Of a stretch of 26,063 nucleotides of DNA, positions 20,575-26,063 are shown piece by piece; position 1 is the first letter of the stretch; every line of letters begins with the position of its first letter. Origin of the DNA: Octopus sinensis (Eukaryota); assembly GCF_006345805.1 (NCBI RefSeq), contig NW_021836047.1, forward strand, positions 1 through 26,063, given 5' to 3'. Made by a program: the position numbers and the translations under genes. The notes below the pieces were generated by a model. That model was not told the origin of the DNA and made no database searches. It saw only the letters and a program-made list of their open reading frames with translations.

Positions 20575-21056
20575 GTTATATACTGTCAACTTAACATGAC
20601 AGTCCCATAGAGGGAATTACACCACCACTATTAGCCCTAGGAAGCTTCAACGCTTCCTGTCGGCCTTGATACATTTCCTGTGTCCTTATGTTTACAAAGG
20701 GGAGACAAGTACCCCCAACAGCTAGGCCTGCATCCAGACTGATGACAAGCAAAAGTCAGAAACATGTAAAAGACACCATTCGTTGCCAGCATTGCCTTAC
20801 TGGCACCTGTGCCGGTGGTATGTGTAAAAGATTCGAGCGAGGTCGTTGCCAGTACTGCCTGACTGGCCCTGTGCCGATGGCACGTAAAAGCACCCACTAT
20901 ACTCTCGGAGTGGTTGGCGTTAGGAAGGGCATCCAGCTGTAGAAACTATGCCAGATCAAGATTGAAACCTGGTGCAGCCATCTGGTTCACCAGCCCTCAG
21001 TCAAATCGTCCAACCCATGCTAGCATGGAAAGCGGACGTTAAACGATGATGATGAT
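20575..21056 (+). mobile_element. Longer family C copy (possible head about 20575-20760; about 3 degenerate units; core; (GAT)n tail)
   Basis: Core GAGTGGTTGGCGTTAGGAAGGGCATCCAGCTGTAGAAAC and end GCGGACGTTAAACGATGATGATG are clear. The 5' boundary is uncertain. Confidence 0.75.
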
Positions 21057-21731
21057 ATATATAGTGTGCGTGTGTCTGTGTGTCTGTGTGTCTGTGTGTG
21101 TGTATGCATGTATGTATGTATATATATACAGGCCATCTAAAGATGTAAATTTTCTGAACATATGCTTTTTTATTTTGTTTAATTTATATTTTCCTGATCG
21201 ACTTTAGAAAGAGCAAAACATCCTGAATAGATATGCAACATACACACACATATATGTATATACAACCACACACAAATATATACATACATACATACACTTG
21301 TATATATACATGCTTACAGACATATATATATGTATATGTATACACAAACACATTTATATATATACATATATATATACAAACAAATATTTATATATGCAGA
21401 GAAAGAGAGAGAGTGATATATATATATATATATATATATGTACTAACACATACACACATACATGCATACACATGTACATATACATATATGATATAAAGAC
21501 ACCATATGTTTCATAAATGGAAGTAGATGCATAGATGCACATTGAGACTATATAGGTGCCAAACATATGTATCCCTGCACAACAAACACATAAATGCATA
21601 CACATACATGGTTTCACAAACACTAGATAACTGCCCTACGATACATGCTGCAACACACAAGAAAAATGAATACATAAATAGTGATACAGAGAGATGCCAT
21701 TAAATTATATAGCTGTTAAATATACATATGT

Positions 21732-22034
21732 GGAGGTGCAATGGCCCAGTGGTTAGGGCAGCGGATTCGCGGTCGTAGGATCGTGGTTTCGATACCCAGA
21801 CTGGGCATTGTGTGCGTTTATTGAGTGAAAACACCTAAATCTCCAGGAGGCTCCAGCAGGGGGGTGGTGGCGGCGACCCCTGTTGTACTCTTTTGCCTCA
21901 ACTTTTTCTCACTCTCTCTTCCTGTTTCTTGAGTAATGCTGCGATGGACTGGCATCCTGTCCAGCTGGGGGGAACACATACACCACAGAAACCAGGCCCA
22001 TGAGCCTGGCTTGGCTTGAAAAGAGCAAAGGGCG
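21732..22034 (+). mobile_element. tRNA-headed SINE, family D (V-domain-like)
   Basis: Colinear with 10056-10362; core GCGATGGACTGGCATCCTGTCCAGCTGGGG. Confidence 0.85.
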
Positions 22035-22172
22035 AAAAAAAAAAGAAACAAAATATACATATAGCTGCACATCAAAATGTTTAAATATATATAGATAGAT
22101 AAATAATTGCATTTTATTACTGCACAAACATATGTGTATCGATTTACAAAATGACACATAAATGCATATAAA

Positions 22173-22508
22173 TATTTGGTTGGCAACTAAGTTCCTGTCC
22201 TTTTTTTAAATTTATATTTTTTAAAGGTTTAATAAAAAATAACAACTAATTAATTAATAATGTATTCACCCTTGTTGTTTACAACTTCTTCCCAACATTC
22301 AACAAGATATTCAATACCTTGTTAGAAATCACCCGATTTTGACTCGAAAAATTGATCCAACCAAGCTCTCAATTCTGCATCAGTATTGAACAAAACTCCG
22401 CTCATAGCATTTGAAAGAGATCAAAAGAGGTGGAAATCCATTGGTGCCAAATCAGGAGAGTACAGCGGGTGTGGCAGCACTTCCCTGCCATATGTTTGAA
22501 TGGCTTTC
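22173..22508 (-). mobile_element. Mariner 3' relic: transposase C-terminus and TIR
   Basis: Minus translation EVLPHPLYSPDLAPMDFHLF*SLSNAMSGVLFNTDAELRAWLDQFFESKSGDF*QGIEYLVECWEEVVNNKGEYIIN* contains the mariner YSPDLAP.D.HLF motif; stop at 22250-22252. The terminus is TA|TTTGGTTGGCAACTAAGT. Confidence 0.92.
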
Positions 22509-22745
22509 TGGTTGGTGTTAGGAAGGGCATCAAGCTGTAGAAACTCTGCCAGATCAGACTGTCAAATTGTCCAACCTAAGCTAGCATGGAAAGTGGACGT
22601 TAAACGATGATGATGATGTATGTATGTGTATATGTTTGCGTGTCTGTGTTTGTCCCCCACACAAACCTCGCTCAACAACCGATGCTGGTGTGTTTGCATC
22701 CCCGTAATTTAGCGGTTTGGCCAAAAGAGACCAATAGAATCAGTA
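22509..22745 (+). mobile_element. Family C 3' end (22509-22617) abutting a family B SINE 3' fragment (22620-22745)
   Basis: GGTTGGTGTTAGGAAGGGCATC...GTGGACGTTAAACGATGATG, then GTGTTTGTCCCC...CAACCGATGCTGGTGTGTTT...AAAGAGACCAATAGAAT. Confidence 0.75.
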
Positions 22746-23006
22746 CACATAAGGTGAGAGAAGGGATTATTTAAGTTTATGAGATGGTTAGTGGTAGAAA
22801 GTGAAAGTTGGAGAAATAGAGAGAGAGGAGGTTGAGAGAGGGGAGATTTAGGGTGAGAGGGAGAGAGAGAGAGAGAGGGAGAAGGTGAGATGGAGAGAGA
22901 GAGAAGTGGGGAAAGAGCAGAATAAAGATAGGAACAGGTGAAAACAAATTTATTAAAGGTGGGAAAGTGGTTATGGTCTTGCAGTGCAATGAAACAAGAT
23001 AGAAAG

Positions 23007-23068
23007 GAATGAATGAATGAATGAATGAATGAATGAATGAATGAATGAATGAATGAATGAATGAATGA
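23007..23068. repeat. Perfect (GAAT)n, preceded by a GA-rich tract at about 22815-22910
   Basis: Directly visible. Confidence 0.97.
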
Positions 23069-23264
23069 AAAAGAATAAAGAATGAAAAATAATACAAAAC
23101 AAAACGAAAAGCATAATAAACAGTACAGAAAGAGACTCTGTGAATTCCAGTTTCTAGAAAATAATTTCAATATATACGTATGTGCATATGGTAGCCTTAA
23201 TTCACAAATAAAGAAATCATGTAGCCACCAATACGGTGTTGAGCACTCATTTCATCATTCAACA

Positions 23265-23646
23265 TTTACATATATATATATATACATACACACACACACA
23301 CACTCATATATACATGCACATATATGTGTGTATATATATATATTATATATTCATTTATATACATATATATACATAATTACATACATATATATATACACAT
23401 ATACACACACATACACATATACATACACTTATATATATACATGCAAACACATACTCACTCATTTACGCACACATATCTGTATGTATGTATTATATTTTAT
23501 ATTTATATACATGAAACTTAGTCGTCATCAGAAAGACAATATATATATTATATATACATATATATATATATAATATATATATAATATATATATTATATAT
23601 ATATATATATATAATATATAATATATATATATAAAATTATATATAT

Positions 23647-23677
<31 letters not shown>

Positions 23678-23710
23678 ATATATATATACACATATATATA
23701 CATATATAAA
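23265..23710. repeat. (TA)/(TACA)-rich field; similar fields at 20255-20572 and 21235-21495
   Basis: Directly visible. Confidence 0.92.
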
Positions 23711-24288
23711 TAAACTAGTATAACTACTTCACATAAAAACAAGCTCCAAATGCAGAGATTCCATTTTCTTTTCTTTTTATTTAGTTCACTGGAGAAACTC
23801 AATTACCATTTACCAAATTCTTTAAGAGTCTAAAAATCTCTTTTGAACACACACACATGCACACACAATACACACTCTTATATGTAAGCATGTATATACA
23901 TATTTTATCAATATAAAAAAAATATAACCATTATTGGCCTTGTGATGGGAAAGCCAAATTTTATCTTCTTGCTGGAAATTACTCAGTAATGCCATTTCTT
24001 TTACTTTACCATGTTAGCATTCTTTATTGTTCATCTCAATTAATGGGAGAGAAGACAAGCTGTAGTAGCAGAAGTGTTAAGATGAGTTTCTTTCTCCTAA
24101 TAGATTGGAAAAGAAAGAATTTCTCTTTTGGGAGAAAATATTACAATAAAATGCTTGAAAACTCAAGAACTTATAAATTGTCTCCTGTGAGAAGTATAGA
24201 AACTGCAAACAGACAGGGGAAATAAAGTAAGAACGTAAGTTAAAAATAACTTGCTGTAGAATAGTTAAAAATTGAACAAAGAAGAAGG

Positions 24289-24360
24289 AAAGAAATTTAA
24301 AAAAAAAAGGAAAAAAAAAACAAGCAAAATTCATAATTTCTCTACTGTATTTTCTGGCAT
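24289..24360 (+). repeat. Left arm of an inverted repeat pair (partner 25851-25920)
   Basis: AAAGAAATTTAAAAAAAAAAGGAAAAAAAAAACAAGCAAAATTCATAATTTCTCTACTGTATTTTCTGGCAT is the near-exact reverse complement of 25851-25920. Confidence 0.85.
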
Positions 24361-24420
24361 ACAAGTCGAAATTTTCTGACCAAAATTTAAAGCCAAAATA
24401 GGTAGTTCAGCTTATACACC
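24343..24420 (+). mobile_element. Possible Tc2/pogo-like DNA transposon end
   Basis: TA|CTGTATTTTCTGGCATACAAGTCGA...TCAGCTTATACACC resembles TA|CCGTATTTT..CG.GTATAAGTCG...CGACTTATAC termini with a subterminal inverted motif. Confidence 0.4.
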
Positions 24421-24609
24421 AAAATGACAAATTCTATACAAAATGCAGCAGGGTTTGGGAAAATAGTGACGATATCTGAATATTTTCACTGCATATTTAC
24501 ACTTTATGTTGTGTCAGTTTTTATGCCAGAAAAAGTTAAGGTATACTGAAAGAAGCTTCAAACTTTAATAAAAAAAAACACATACAAGGCGATCTTTTAT
24601 CTCTTATGC

Positions 24610-25037
24610 TTTACATTCATTAAACTGTGGCCCTGCTGGGGTACTACCTTGCAGAGATTTTGTCAAACTAATCGACCTCAGTACTAATTTTATTTTTAAG
24701 CTTGGTTACTTATTTTGTTGGTGTCTTTGCCAAACCACTAAGTTATGGGGATATAAACATATCAACACCAATCATCAAGCAGAAGTGAAAGAAAAGACAC
24801 AGATACACACACACACAAGCACACCACACACACACACACACACACACACACAACGCATGTGCACATGCACACACACACATACAACAGGCTTTTTTTCAGC
24901 TTACATCTACCAAATTCACTCATAAGGCTTTCGTTGGTCAGAGGCTGTAGTGAAAGACACTTACCCATGGTGCCATGCAGTGAAGCTGAACCCAGAACCA
25001 TGTGGTTGGGAAGCAAGCTTCTTCCCACACAACCATG
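24610..25037 (-). mobile_element. Full-length degenerate family B SINE
   Basis: Head reverse complement CATGGTTGTGTGGGAAGAAGCTTGCTTCCCAACCACATGGTTCTGGGTTCAG, internal (TG)n, and tail ...CCCCAGCAGGGCCACAG. Confidence 0.8.
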
Positions 25038-25323
25038 AATAACCCCATCAGTAAATCATGGAGTACATTGGTAGAGGAATGATGTCAAATACTCAGAGTT
25101 TGTGTAGGAGAAAGACATCACCTTTCAGGTATTGATTGCATAAGAAGTATTGTACCATGTCATATTGCTGTTTAGCTCAACTCTAAGCCAAGCTCGATTG
25201 AGCAAACATATAGTAAAAAGTTTTAAAAGTTAAATTCAGATGAGATAACCAGGTCTTTTAAGGATACTTAATAAACTTTCCATTGAGAATTATGAATACA
25301 CACATTCATGCACAAACGTGTAT

Positions 25324-25745
25324 ATCATCATCATCGTTTAACGTCCGTTCTCCATGCTAGCATTGGTTGGACGGTTCGACCGGGCATCTGGGAAGCCAGA
25401 AGGCTGCACCAGGTTCCAGTCTTATCTGGCAATGTTTCTACAGCTGGATGCCCTTCCTAACGCCAACCACTCTGTGAGTGTAGTGGGTGCTTTTTACGTG
25501 CCACCTGCACAGGTGCCAGGCGAGGCTGGCAACGGCCACGGTCGGATTGGTGCATTTTACGTGCCACCGGCATGGAAGCCAGTTGAGGCGGCACTGGCTT
25601 CGGCCACGATTCGGATGGTGCTTTTTACGTGCCACCTGCACGGAAGCCAGTCGAGGCGGCACTGGCATTGGCCACAATTCGAATAGTGCTTTTTACGTAC
25701 CACCAGTCCAAAGGTCCTGGCATCTGCTGGGTGCCAGTCATAGGA
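25324..25745 (-). mobile_element. Family C 3' part with 4 internal units
   Basis: ATCATCATCATCGTTTAACGTCCG tail, CAGCTGGATGCCCTTCCTAACGCCAACCAC core, and GTGC(T/A)TTTTACGT(G/A)CCACC units at 25487, 25550, 25618 and 25686. Confidence 0.9.
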
Positions 25746-25850
25746 TTGGTTCAATTTCGATTCCGATTCCTATTTCGATTTCACTTGTGTATATATATAT
25801 ATATATACACAATATATATATATGTAAAAACTGTCACAAGCATCTCCATG

Positions 25851-25920
25851 ATGCCAGAAAATACAATAGAAAAATTATGAATTTTGCTTGTTTTTTTTCC
25901 TGTTTTTTAAAATTTCTTTT
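25851..25920 (-). repeat. Right arm of an inverted repeat pair (partner 24289-24360)
   Basis: ATGCCAGAAAATACAATAGAAAAATTATGAATTTTGCTTGTTTTTTTTCCTGTTTTTTAAAATTTCTTT. Confidence 0.85.
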
Positions 25921-26063
25921 GTTCTTCTGTTATATCTTTAATCTAGTTATGTTACAATTCTCTGAGGATTTGACAATAACTCTTGATTATGTAACTAATA
26001 ATCACCTTACATTAATGAAATAAATGTAAGATATTGTAACTGAATATTTTGCAAACAACCTCT

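Noticed and set aside
13373-22508. The two mariner pieces as the two ends of one element
   Set aside because: Opposite coding orientation and dissimilar TIRs (TCAGGCTGAGTAAAAAGT versus TTTGGTTGGCAACTAAGT).
23785-23883. 99-bp plus-strand exon candidate with a strong acceptor and a GTAAGC donor
   Set aside because: The frame includes a (CA)n microsatellite and no recognisable peptide.
25487-25745. CRISPR-like array of 19-bp repeats
   Set aside because: Linkers are homologous to each other, and the array is an internal part of a retroposon seen five times in the window.

Overview
Repeat-saturated, AT-rich eukaryotic DNA that is most likely intronic or intergenic. The mix of tRNA-headed SINEs, RTE LINE relics and dense (CA/TA/GAT/AAT)n tracts suggests an Octopus (coleoid cephalopod) genome; this is inferred from repeat recognition, not from a database search. 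I can support no intact host gene, and nearly all listed ORFs are microsatellite read-throughs. Recognisable coding relics are two RTE-type LINE fragments (2376-2990 and about 16938-17570, both minus), a Penelope-like GIY-YIG endonuclease relic (about 10691-11260, minus) and two unrelated mariner ends (13373-13766 plus, 22173-22508 minus). About 20 SINE copies or fragments fall into four families. The most unusual structures are a ~1.1 kb spacer-less inverted minisatellite rich in TTCCWGGAA (14373-15466), degenerate minimal hammerhead-ribozyme-like motifs next to the Penelope relic (about 9745-9960), a compact 219-bp Helitron-like element (16631-16849), a TG...CA-bounded element inserted in an (AAT)n tract (1390-1927) and a 72-bp inverted repeat pair about 1.5 kb apart (24289-24360 / 25851-25920). 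Repeat boundaries were estimated by eye (about +/-10-20 bp).
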